Assembly: GCA_001683895.1 (NCBI GenBank)
Contig: LXQJ01000020.1
Coordinates: 28,521-92,520, forward strand
DNA from: Luteimonas sp. ANT-B3E
GTDB lineage: Bacteria > Pseudomonadota > Gammaproteobacteria > Xanthomonadales > Xanthomonadaceae
Reading direction: 5' to 3'
Length of the DNA stretch: 64,000 bases
Of the stretch, positions 41,267 through 50,260 are shown piece by piece (position 1 is the first letter of the stretch; each line of letters begins with the position of its first letter). The notes beneath the pieces were generated by a model. That model was given only the letters and a program-made list of their open reading frames with translations, had not been told where the DNA came from and searched no databases. A program made the position numbers and the translations under genes.

Positions 41267-42762
41267 GGCGCGGCGCGCTCGCCGGTGACGATTTCGTCGC
41301 CGGCCTCGAGTGCCCCAGAGACCTCGGTGCTGGTGCCGTCGCTGGCACCGACCCGCACCATTACCCGCTGCGGCGTGCCCTCGGTCAGGCGGTACAGCGG
41401 CGCGCGGGTGGCGCCGACCTGGGTTGCCAGCGCCGCGTCCCACGTGGACCGCTGGCTGTCGTCGAGGGCGGCGCGGAAGGGAGCGAAGTCCTGCTGGTAG
41501 CGCTCCACCATCCGCTGCCGCATCTGTGCGGGCACCGCGCCTCCGCCGGCGCCCGCGCCCTGGCCGCCGCGGCCACCACCAAACATGCCACCGCCCGATG
41601 GCGCAGCCGGCGCCGCCTCACGCGCCGCCTGCCGCGCCGCGATCCGCGCCGCTGCCGCGTCGAAGGCCGCCTGCTGCGCGGGCGCCAGCCGCAGCGACGT
41701 AGCGGTGCGCTCCAGGTCCTCGACCATGCCAGCGCTGCGTCCGCCACCTGCGCGAGGGGGCGCGGCCGCCTGCTCGCCGGTCGGCTTGTAGCGCAGCGCG
41801 GCATTGGAGGCCTTGAGGATGTCGTCGCGGCGGCTGACCTCGATCTCCGCGTTGACCGTCAGGCCGGGCAGCAGCGTGCCATCGCTGTTGTCGACCGACA
41901 CAACGACCGGATATGTCACCACATTGTTGGTATTGGTCGCCGCCAGCCGCACCTGCGCGACCGTCCCCCGGAACTGCCGGTCGGCGAACGCGTCCGCGCT
42001 GAACGACACGCCCTGCCCCGCCTTGACCTGGCCGATGTCGGCCTCGTCGACGGCGAGCTCGATCTTCATCTGGCCGAGGTCCTCGGCGATCTGGAACAGC
42101 TCGGGCGCCGACAGGCTGGCGGCGACGGTCTGTCACGGCTCGATCGTCCGCGTCAGCACCACGCCGTCCACCGGCGAGCGGATGACCGCGCGCTGCAGGT
42201 TGATCCGCGGGGCCTGCGTCGACGCGGTCTGCTGCTGGATCTGCGCGCGCGCGGCCGTCACCTGGGCCTGGGCCTGGTCACGCGCCGCACGCGCAAGGTC
42301 GACATCGCTGCGCGCCACCAGCTGCGACGCACCAAGGTCGGACTTGCGCCGATAGTCGATGTCGGCATTTGCCAGGGCGGCCTGCGCCTGGCGCAGCGAA
42401 GCCTCGGCCGAGGCGATCTGCGCCGCACCCTGCGCGATCTGCGCGTCGAACGTGCTCGGGTCGATGCGCGCGATGATCTGGTCCTTCTCGACCCGGTCGT
42501 TGAAGTCGACCAGCACGTGGGTCACCTGCCCGGAGATCTGGCTGCCGACAACGACCGTGGAAATCGCGCTCAGGGTGCCTGTGGCCGAAATCGCGACGCG
42601 GATGTCGCCGCGCTCGACCGGGGTGGTGCGGTACGCGCGCCCCGCGCCGCCGGCATCACGCTGGCGCCAAGCCCACGCCGCGGCAGCGACCACCAGGAGC
42701 ACCAGCACGACGACGACGGTGCGGCGGGTGCGCCCGCGGGCGCTGGTCTGGCGGGAGCTCAT
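41263..42762 (-). pseudogene. MacA-type periplasmic adaptor with in-frame TGA at 42133-42135
   Basis: VGSQISG, IRSPVDGVV..IEP*QTVAASLSAPELFQIAEDL, VDEADIG; both halves are in one frame. Confidence 0.82.
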
Positions 42763-42849
42763 GGGGCGACGTTTCCGGGGCGGTGGCGGGAAAGACAACG
42801 CCTGCTGCGTCGTCGCGTTGACCGGCATCGACGCGGGAGAGTGCGGACG

Positions 42850-44142
42850 TCAGCCAGCGACTGTATCGGCGAAGGAAATCGTGGCCCGGGTGCCGGCGCC
42901 GGGCGTGCTCTCCAGCATCACTGGCCAGCCGAAGCGCTCGCCCAGCCGGCGCACGATCGACAGCCCCATGCCCTTGCCGCTGGGATTGAACTGGTCTGCG
43001 CGGTAGAAAGGGTCGTAGACGCGCTGCAGCGTCTCCGGCGCCATGCCGATGCCGGTGTCGTTCACCACAATCCGGTCGCGCTCGATGTGGACCTCGATCC
43101 GGCCCTCCTCGGTAAACGTGCAGGCATTGCTGAGCAGGTTGTCCAGCATCACCCGCAGCACGCTCGGCGCGGCGTGCAGCGTGGGCTGCGACGATTCCAC
43201 CACCTCCAGCGCCACCGGTTTTCCGGCGAGCATCGGCAGCGCCTTGTCGACCGCCTCGTACACCAGGTCGTGGACGGCGAAGTCCTCGACCCGCGGCGCG
43301 ACATCGCCTTCGCGCGCAAGGATCAGGAACGCGTCGATCACCGCCTCCATGTCCTGGCCGGCGCGCTGGATGCGATGCAGCGAGCGCTGCATCCGCGCCG
43401 GCGTCTCCGGATCGGCTCGCATCATGTCGGTCGCCACGCGGACGACGGTCAGCGGCGTGCGCAGCTCGTGGCTGGCATCGCGGGTGAAGTCGCGCTCACG
43501 CTGCACGAAGTCCTGGGTCCTCGCGGCAAGGTCGCGCAGCGCGCCGCCCAGCTGGTGCACTTCGGTCCCGGCGTCGCCGCCATCGCTGTCGACGCGGATG
43601 GCATGGACGTCGGGCTGCCGAGGATCCCAGCGCGACACCGCCTCCGCCAGCCGGTTGACGGGCCGCACCAGTGCGATCGCGCTGCGATAGCTCAGCCAGC
43701 TGACGCTGTAGATCGCCAGCAGCGCCAGCAGCATCGAACACACCCCGGTCCACCACACGGCCTTCTGCAGCAGCCGGAACGACATCCGCACGTAGAGCGT
43801 GCCGCCGGGACGCTCCTGCACCAGCACCTTGTGCGACCGGTCCGGGACGCGGAGGTCGTGAACGCCCGGGGCCAGCCCCTGCAGCTCCATCGGCAGCGTC
43901 CGCGCTGAAGTGCCAACGGGTATGAAAAAGCCGCGGACCGTCGAGGTCCGCGGCAGCGGAAACCCGGGGATCTGCTCGGCCCCGCGCCAGTAGTCCGCGG
44001 CTTCCTGCTCCAGGCGGTCCTTGGCCAGAGTCTCCTTGACCAGCACCCCCGTGATGTAGAACCCGATCAGCAGCGCAAAGCTCGCCATCACCGCCTGCAG
44101 GGTGAAAACGTGACGGAGTCTGCGCGGAAGACTCTGCGGCAT
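42850..44142 (-). CDS. Sensor histidine kinase (ColS-like)
   Basis: Two TM segments, HAMP, FTRDASHELRTPL, NLLSNA, DTGIG, GMGLSIV. Confidence 0.9.
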   Translation of the reverse strand: MPQSLPRRLRHVFTLQAVMASFALLIGFYITGVLVKETLAKDRLEQEAADYWRGAEQIPGFPLPRTSTVRGFFIPVGTSARTLPMELQGLAPGVHDLRVPDRSHKVLVQERPGGTLYVRMSFRLLQKAVWWTGVCSMLLALLAIYSVSWLSYRSAIALVRPVNRLAEAVSRWDPRQPDVHAIRVDSDGGDAGTEVHQLGGALRDLAARTQDFVQRERDFTRDASHELRTPLTVVRVATDMMRADPETPARMQRSLHRIQRAGQDMEAVIDAFLILAREGDVAPRVEDFAVHDLVYEAVDKALPMLAGKPVALEVVESSQPTLHAAPSVLRVMLDNLLSNACTFTEEGRIEVHIERDRIVVNDTGIGMAPETLQRVYDPFYRADQFNPSGKGMGLSIVRRLGERFGWPVMLESTPGAGTRATISFADTVAG

Positions 44143-44161
44143 GGACGACGCCAGCCGCCGC

Positions 44162-44875
44162 TCAGGCGGGCGGCTGCTCGATGTCGGCAATCCGGTAGCC
44201 GGCGCTCTGCACCGTGTGCAGCAGTGGTTTGTCGTATGGCTTGTCGATCGTCTTGCGCAGGTTGTAGAGATGGCTGCGCAGGGTGTCGGAGTCCGGCAGG
44301 CTGTTGCCCCAGATCTCGCGCTCGATCTCCTGCCGGTTCACCACCCGTGGCGACTCGCGCATCAGGATGGTCAACAGCTTCAGGCCGATCGGCGACAGCT
44401 GCAGCTCGACGCCGCCGCGGGTTGCACGCAGCGACGCGGGGTCCAGCACCAGGTCGGCCACCTTCAGCACCTCCGACCCGACCTGGCGCCGTTCGCGCCG
44501 GATCAGCGCCCGCAGGCGGGCCTCGAGCTCCTGGATGGCGAAGGGCTTGGTCAGGTAGTCATCGGCGCCCGCGCCCAGGCCAGTCAACTTCTCGTCCAGC
44601 GTGTCGCGGGCGGTCAGCATCAGCACTGGCGTCGACTTGCGCGCCTCTTCCCGCAGGCGCCTGCAGACCTCGATGCCGTCCAGCCGCGGCAGCATCAGGT
44701 CCAGCACGACCACGTCGTAGCTGTTCTCTGCCGCCAGACGATAGCCATCCAGGCCGTCGGACGCGTAATCCACCTCGAAGCCCTTGCCCTCCAGGTATTC
44801 ACCGACCATTTCGGAGATGTTGCGGTTGTCCTCGACGATCAGGACGAGCCCACCGGGTTCCTGCGATCCACGCAT
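44162..44875 (-). CDS. OmpR-family response regulator (ColR-like)
   Basis: VEDN, VLDLMLP, MLTARD, GADDYLTKPF, PDSDTLRSHLYNLRK.IDKP. Confidence 0.9.
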   Translation of the reverse strand: MRGSQEPGGLVLIVEDNRNISEMVGEYLEGKGFEVDYASDGLDGYRLAAENSYDVVVLDLMLPRLDGIEVCRRLREEARKSTPVLMLTARDTLDEKLTGLGAGADDYLTKPFAIQELEARLRALIRRERRQVGSEVLKVADLVLDPASLRATRGGVELQLSPIGLKLLTILMRESPRVVNRQEIEREIWGNSLPDSDTLRSHLYNLRKTIDKPYDKPLLHTVQSAGYRIADIEQPPA

Positions 44876-44903
44876 ATCGTTGTTCACTCGCGGTTGCTTC
44901 AGC

Positions 44904-44945
44904 TTTGTGAAGGTTGCCGCGTCAGCGGTGCAGAGTTTGTGAAGG
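44904..44945 (-). promoter_or_regulatory. Direct-repeat operator candidate upstream of the response regulator
   Basis: Two copies of CCTTCACAAA 32 bp apart; the upstream copy forms TTCAC-N6-TGCAC (11-bp period). Confidence 0.5.
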
Positions 44946-44972
44946 GCTACCGGGAAGACGCATGGGCCAGCG

Positions 44973-45275
44973 TCAGAAGGGAATGCGACCCACGAGGATG
45001 TCGCGGAACATGACCCAGTCCCCGATCAAGGAGTACAGCGGGTGCTTGAACGTCGCCGGGCGGTTCTTCTCGTAGAAGAAGTGCCCGATCCACGCGAAAC
45101 CATAGCCGCACACGAGCGCCGCAAGCAGCCAGCGTCCATCGCGCAGCGTGAGCGCCGGGGCAACCAGCAGCAGCGCACCGCAGCTGCCGACGAAGTGCAG
45201 GCGTCGCGACGTGCGGTTGGCATGCTCGGCGAGGTAGAGCGGATAGAACTCGCGGAAGCTAGCGAACTTTGCCAT
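44973..45275 (-). CDS. DUF962 (Mpo1-like) small membrane protein
   Basis: FREFYPLYLAEH, RRLHFVG, GYGFAWIGHFFYEKNRPATFKHPLYS. Confidence 0.9.
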   Translation of the reverse strand: MAKFASFREFYPLYLAEHANRTSRRLHFVGSCGALLLVAPALTLRDGRWLLAALVCGYGFAWIGHFFYEKNRPATFKHPLYSLIGDWVMFRDILVGRIPF

Positions 45276-45282
45276 CGGGGCC

Positions 45283-46161
45283 TCAGTCTCCATCGACAGG
45301 CTCGACCTCCCGTGCCGCGCTCCCGGCCGGGCTGGCGGCCTCCTGCCGCTTGACGCGTCGCCAAAGCGCATCCTGCGCCGGCAATGGAAGCGCGGCAAGG
45401 GTGCCGCCGTCGGCCATCGCCAGCGCCTCCATTGCGCGGAACCGGCGCTCGAACTTGGTGTTGGCGCCGCGCAGCGCGCTGCCGACGTCCACCCGCGCAT
45501 GCCGCGCGAGATTGGCCGCGACGAACAGCAGGTCGCCGATCTCGTCCTGGAGCCGCGCCCGCGCGCCGGCGTCCGCGGGCTCGGCCGCCACCGCCGCGAA
45601 CTCTTCGCGCACCTCGTCGATCTCCTCGTGCAGCTTGGCGATCACCGGCGCAGGACCAGGCCAGTCGAAGCCCACCCGCGCGGCGCGCTGCTGCAGCTTC
45701 ACCGCGCGCTGCCACTCCGGCAGGCCGCGCGCGACGCCTGCCAGCGCCGATCCGTCATCTTCCCCGGCCGCCTGCCGCTCCGCCCGCTTGATCGCGTCCC
45801 AGTCGCCGGGCACGTCGGCGCCATCGTCACCCCGCCCGGACGGCGCGTCGCCGAACACGTGCGGATGACGCCGCAGCATCTTGTCGCCGATCGCGCGCGC
45901 GACGTCGGCGAACGCGAACGCGCCTTGCTCCTCCGCCAGCCGCGCATGGAACACGACCTGCAGCAGCAGGTCCCCGAGTTCGTCCAGGAGCGCCCCGAGG
46001 TCGCCGCGATCGATCGCATCGGCAACCTCGTACGCCTCCTCGATGGTGTACGGCGCGATCGTGGAGAAGTCCTGCGCCAGGTCCCATGGACAGCCCGCAC
46101 GCGGGTCGCGCAATCGCGCCATGATCCCGAGCAGCCGCACGATCTCGTCAGCGGTCGACAT
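45283..46161 (-). CDS. mazG: Nucleoside triphosphate pyrophosphohydrolase MazG
   Basis: LRDP..GCPWD, IEEAYEV, ELGDLLLQVVFH, RRHPHVF, GFDW. Confidence 0.95.
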   Translation of the reverse strand: MSTADEIVRLLGIMARLRDPRAGCPWDLAQDFSTIAPYTIEEAYEVADAIDRGDLGALLDELGDLLLQVVFHARLAEEQGAFAFADVARAIGDKMLRRHPHVFGDAPSGRGDDGADVPGDWDAIKRAERQAAGEDDGSALAGVARGLPEWQRAVKLQQRAARVGFDWPGPAPVIAKLHEEIDEVREEFAAVAAEPADAGARARLQDEIGDLLFVAANLARHARVDVGSALRGANTKFERRFRAMEALAMADGGTLAALPLPAQDALWRRVKRQEAASPAGSAAREVEPVDGD

Positions 46162-46954
46162 CGAGCCACTCACGCCACTCCAGCGACGGATCGCCCAGCG
46201 CCAGGAAATCCCCGTTGAGCAGCGTATCGCGCTGGTTGTAGCGGAACGGGCGACCGCGCGGATCGACGACGCAGCCGCCGGCCGGTTCCAGGATCGCCTG
46301 CCCGGCGGCGGTGTCCCACTCGCTGGTGGGGCCGAAGCGCGGATACACGTCGAGCGCGCCCTCGGCCAACAGGCAGAACTTCAGCGACGAGCCCATCGCC
46401 ACCGGTTCAGTGTCGCCGATCCGCGTCATCAGTGCCAAGGTGCGCGCGTCGCGATGCGAGCGGCTCGCCGCCACGCGCAGCCGCCCGGTTGCCGGCTGCC
46501 GGCAGTGCAGCGGACGCTGCGTGTCGTCGGCCTCGCGCCGGAACGCGCGGCCATCGGCGCCGTGCCACACGATCCCGGTCACCGGTGCCTGGATGACGCC
46601 GAAGACCGGCACGCCGTCGTCGACCAGTGCGATGTTGACGGTGAACTCGCCGTTGCGCTTGACGAACTCGCGCGTGCCGTCGAGTGGATCGACCAGCCAG
46701 TACCGCGGCCACGCGCGGCGCTCCGCCGCGGGCACGACGTGCGTTGCTTCCTCAGACAGCACCGGGATCGACGGCGACAGCGCAGCCAGCCCCGCGATGA
46801 TGCAGCGGTGCGCCGCCATGTCGGCCGCGGTCACCGGGCTGGCGTCCGCCTTGCGCTGCACCCCGAAATCGGTGCCGTAGACCTCGAGGATCGCGCCGGC
46901 CGCGGACCGCGCGATCGCGATCGCACCCTCGAGCAGCACATCAGCGACCGGCAT
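46148..46954 (-). CDS. cysQ: 3'(2'),5'-bisphosphate nucleotidase
   Basis: SPVTAAD, LSEE, WLVDPLDGTREF, GSSLKFC, EWDTAAG. Confidence 0.95.
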   Translation of the reverse strand: MPVADVLLEGAIAIARSAAGAILEVYGTDFGVQRKADASPVTAADMAAHRCIIAGLAALSPSIPVLSEEATHVVPAAERRAWPRYWLVDPLDGTREFVKRNGEFTVNIALVDDGVPVFGVIQAPVTGIVWHGADGRAFRREADDTQRPLHCRQPATGRLRVAASRSHRDARTLALMTRIGDTEPVAMGSSLKFCLLAEGALDVYPRFGPTSEWDTAAGQAILEPAGGCVVDPRGRPFRYNQRDTLLNGDFLALGDPSLEWREWLDVDR

Positions 46955-47495
46955 GGTGCAGCAGGTAGTCGCGGACGATGTAAAGCGCGGCGATCGACCG
47001 GCCCTCTGAGAACTCCTCGCGCAGGATCAGCTCGTGCAGCGCGTCCAGGCGCCACGGCACGACCTCCAGCTCTTCGGGTTCGTCGCCCGGCAACCGCTCC
47101 GGATACAGGTCGCGCGCCAGCACCAGGTGGGTCTGGTGGCTCATGTACGTCGGCGCCAGGCTCAGCGAGCGCAGCACCGACAGCGAACGCGCGCCGTAGC
47201 CCGCCTCCTCCTTCAGCTCGCGGTCGGCCGCCTCGATTGGCGTCTCGCCGGCGTCGATGCGGCCCTTGACCAGCCCCAGTTCGTAGCGGTGGACGCCTGC
47301 CGCATACTCGCGCACCAGCAGCACGGTGTCGTCGTCGAGCATCGGCACCACCGCGACCGCGCCGTGGCCGCGCGCGTGCAGCCGCTCGAAGCGACGGCGC
47401 TCACCGTTGCCGAACTCGAGGTCCAGGCGCTCCACGCGGTAGGGACCGGCGTCGTGTTCGGTGACGCCGTGGATGGTCGGCAGTCGACGCGTCAT
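46941..47495 (-). CDS. nudE: ADP compounds hydrolase NudE
   Basis: LDLEFGNGERR, REYAAG, KGRID.GE, RELKEEAGYG, GDEPEE. Confidence 0.92.
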   Translation of the reverse strand: MTRRLPTIHGVTEHDAGPYRVERLDLEFGNGERRRFERLHARGHGAVAVVPMLDDDTVLLVREYAAGVHRYELGLVKGRIDAGETPIEAADRELKEEAGYGARSLSVLRSLSLAPTYMSHQTHLVLARDLYPERLPGDEPEELEVVPWRLDALHELILREEFSEGRSIAALYIVRDYLLHHAGR

Positions 47496-47548
47496 GCGGC
47501 GCGCCAGGGCGCCGGCCGGGGCCGGGCCGATCGGGCGATAATGCATTG

Positions 47549-48949
47549 ATGACGAAGACGTTCCACGATGCGGCAAGTCTAGCGGACGCGGCCGACTGGC
47601 GCGCCCGCGACCTCGCGGTGCTGTGGCATCCCTGCACACAGATGCGCGAGCACGACGACGGCCTGATGCCGCTGTTGCCCGTGGCGCGTGGCGATGGCGC
47701 GTGGCTGGTCGGCCATGACGGCAGCCGCACGCTCGATGCCATCAGCAGCTGGTGGACCAATCTGCATGGACATGCCGAACCGCGTATCGCCGGTGCCATC
47801 GCGCAGCAGGCGCACACGCTGGAGCACGTGATCCTGGCGGGGGTCTCGCACCCGCCTGCCGTGATGCTTGCCGAGCGGCTGCTGGCCATCGCGCCGCGGG
47901 AAACCGGGCGTTCACCGCTGGCGAAAGTGTTCTACGCCGACAACGGCTCGGCGGGGGTCGAAGTCGCGCTGAAAATGGCTTTCCACTGGTTCCGCAATCG
48001 CGGCGACGAGCCACGGCGCACGCGCTTCATCGCCCTGTCCAACGGCTACCATGGCGAGACCATCGGCGCGCTGTCGGTCGGCGACGTGCCCCTGTACCGC
48101 CGCACGTACGCGCCGATGCTGATGGAGTGCCTGTTCGCCCCCTCGCCGGACGCGTTTGCCGCGCGAGACGGTCAGTCCGCGGCGGCTTGCGCAGAAGAGG
48201 CGGCCGACGCCCTTGCGCGTCTGCTCGACGACCACGCAGGCGAGGTCTGCGCGATGATCCTCGAGCCGCGCGTACAGTGCGCCGGCGGTATGCGCATGCA
48301 CCATCCGGTGTACCTGAAGCGCGCGCGTGAACTGTGCGACGTCCACGGCGTGCTGCTGATCGCCGACGAAATCGCGGTCGGCTTCGGACGCACCGGCACG
48401 CTGTTCGCGTGCGAGCAGTCGGGGGTGGCCCCTGACCTGCTGTGCCTGTCGAAGGGCCTCACCGGTGGATTCCTGCCGCTGGCGGCGGTGCTGGCGACGC
48501 AGTCGATCTACGACGGTTTCCTGGACGCGTCGCGCGAGCGCGCGTTCCTGCACTCCCACAGCTACAGCGGCAACCCGTTGGCCTGTGCCGCGGCGCTGGC
48601 GTCGCTGGACATCCTCCGCGATGACGGAGTGGTCGCGCGCAACGTCGCCACCGCGGCCCGCATGGCGATGCTCGCCGGGCCGCTGGCCGACCTGGCGCAC
48701 GTTGCCGACGTCCGCCAGGCCGGCATGATCGTGGCCTTCGAGCTCACCGACGGCGGCGATCGCCGGCGCCCCTTCGATCCTGCGCGGCGGGTCGGGCTGC
48801 GGGCCTACCGCGCGGCGATGGCGCGCGGCGTGCTGCTGCGGCCACTCGGAGACGTCGTCTACTGGATGCCGCCGTACTGCGTCGACGAAGCGCAGCTGGC
48901 GCTGCTGGCCCGTGTAACCCGGGAGGCGATCGTGGAGGCGACCCGGTGA
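47549..48949 (+). CDS. bioA: Adenosylmethionine-8-amino-7-oxononanoate aminotransferase
   Basis: WHPCTQM, DAISSWW, EVALKMA, YHGET, DEIAVGFGRTG, SKGLTGG. Confidence 0.95.
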   Translation: MTKTFHDAASLADAADWRARDLAVLWHPCTQMREHDDGLMPLLPVARGDGAWLVGHDGSRTLDAISSWWTNLHGHAEPRIAGAIAQQAHTLEHVILAGVSHPPAVMLAERLLAIAPRETGRSPLAKVFYADNGSAGVEVALKMAFHWFRNRGDEPRRTRFIALSNGYHGETIGALSVGDVPLYRRTYAPMLMECLFAPSPDAFAARDGQSAAACAEEAADALARLLDDHAGEVCAMILEPRVQCAGGMRMHHPVYLKRARELCDVHGVLLIADEIAVGFGRTGTLFACEQSGVAPDLLCLSKGLTGGFLPLAAVLATQSIYDGFLDASRERAFLHSHSYSGNPLACAAALASLDILRDDGVVARNVATAARMAMLAGPLADLAHVADVRQAGMIVAFELTDGGDRRRPFDPARRVGLRAYRAAMARGVLLRPLGDVVYWMPPYCVDEAQLALLARVTREAIVEATR

Positions 48950-48992
48950 TGGCCTCCCCCGCCCGCTTGCGGCCCGCCCCGGCGCTCGCGAC

Positions 48993-49730
48993 ATGCGCGT
49001 GACCCGCGTCCACGTTGCGATGCCGCTGGTGGTCGGAACGCGTCTTGCGCTGCCCGCGGATGCCGCAGTGCACCTGATGCGCGTGCTGCGCCTCGGCGTC
49101 GGCGACGACTGCGTACTGTTCAGCGGCAACGGTCGCGACGTCACCGCCCGCATCATCGCCGCGGACCGTCGCGGCGCCGAGGTCGAGCTGCTTTCGGAGG
49201 CAGCCGTCGACACGGAGTCCCCGCTGCGACTGGGACTGCTGCAGGGCATCGCGCGCGGCGAGAAGATGGACCTGATCCTGCAGAAGGCGACCGAGCTTGG
49301 CGTCCACGACGTGTGGCCGGTCGGCAGCGATCGCAGCGAAGTCAAGCTCGATGCGGACCGCGCGGCGAAGCGCCTGGCGCACTGGCGCAGCGTGGTCGCC
49401 GCCGCCTGCAGCCAGTGCGGCCGCGCGCGGCTGCCGCGCATCGCGGCTCCAGCTGCGCTGGACGCAGCGCTGCATGCGCTGCCTACCGGAGCGCAGCGCC
49501 TGCTGCTGGATCCCACCGCCACGCAGGCGGTCGCCGACCTCAAACACCCTGGCGCGGACGGCATCGTGCTGGCGGTCGGACCCGAGGGCGGGTGGTCACC
49601 GCGCGACCGCATGCTGCTGGGCGGCGCCGGGTTCGGCGCAGTGCGGCTGGGGCCGCGGATTCTGCGAACGGAAACCGCCGGGCTGGCCGCGATCGCGGCG
49701 CTGCAGGCGCGATTCGGCGACCTGCACTAG
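48993..49730 (+). CDS. rsmE: 16S rRNA m3U1498 methyltransferase
   Basis: HLMRVLRL, QKATELGV, GPEGG, LGPRILRTETA. Confidence 0.95.
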   Translation: MRVTRVHVAMPLVVGTRLALPADAAVHLMRVLRLGVGDDCVLFSGNGRDVTARIIAADRRGAEVELLSEAAVDTESPLRLGLLQGIARGEKMDLILQKATELGVHDVWPVGSDRSEVKLDADRAAKRLAHWRSVVAAACSQCGRARLPRIAAPAALDAALHALPTGAQRLLLDPTATQAVADLKHPGADGIVLAVGPEGGWSPRDRMLLGGAGFGAVRLGPRILRTETAGLAAIAALQARFGDLH

Positions 49731-49764
49731 GGGCGCCAAGCCGCGAGAGGCTGGGCGGTCCGCG

Positions 49765-50250
49765 TCACGCTGCCTGCGGGAGCGCCTGGCGCAGCGCGGC
49801 TTCAACCGCACCCATGTCCGGGATCCACGCGGGATCGTCGTTGAGGACGACGCGCATCAGCACGCCCTCCGGCAGCACTGCCGCGCTCGCGTCGCCGTCG
49901 TCATCACCGGCCGGGCGCAGTGCGTCGCGCGACACCGTCACCAGTCGCGGGAAGCCCTGTGTCAACAGCGCAAAGTGCGGCAACGTCGCGTCGTCGCCCA
50001 GCGCCTTGAGCACCAGCACCTTGCTGCCGATGCCGCCGCCTTCGGACGCCGTTCCGCTCATGCGCGCGAACGACACTAGCGGCACCTGCCAGCCGCGCCA
50101 GCGGATCCGACCCAGCAGCCAGTCGGGGGCACCGGCCACGGCGTCGGGTGCGGCGAAGGACAACACCTCGGAGATGGTGGCGTTTGGCAACAGCAGGCGC
50201 GCACCTTCGATCTGCACAAGGACGCCGCGGATATCGTTCGAAAGGCTCAA
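49765..50250 (-). CDS. chpC: CheW-like adaptor ChpC (TTG start inferred)
   Basis: IRGVLVQI...LLLPNA.ISEV, PDWLLGRIRWRGWQVPLVSF; last gene of the Pil-Chp cluster. Confidence 0.82.
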   Translation of the reverse strand: MSLSNDIRGVLVQIEGARLLLPNATISEVLSFAAPDAVAGAPDWLLGRIRWRGWQVPLVSFARMSGTASEGGGIGSKVLVLKALGDDATLPHFALLTQGFPRLVTVSRDALRPAGDDDGDASAAVLPEGVLMRVVLNDDPAWIPDMGAVEAALRQALPQAA

Positions 50251-50260
50251 GACATGTTCC

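Noticed and set aside
42133-42135. Alternative genetic code (TGA=Gly) or selenocysteine
   Set aside because: TGA terminates many conserved genes here, and the position is a Gly, not a Cys, in the family motif.
44973-47495. mazG as part of a toxin-antitoxin or anti-phage system
   Set aside because: Housekeeping-type MazG in a nudE-cysQ-mazG context, with no toxin or defence genes adjacent.
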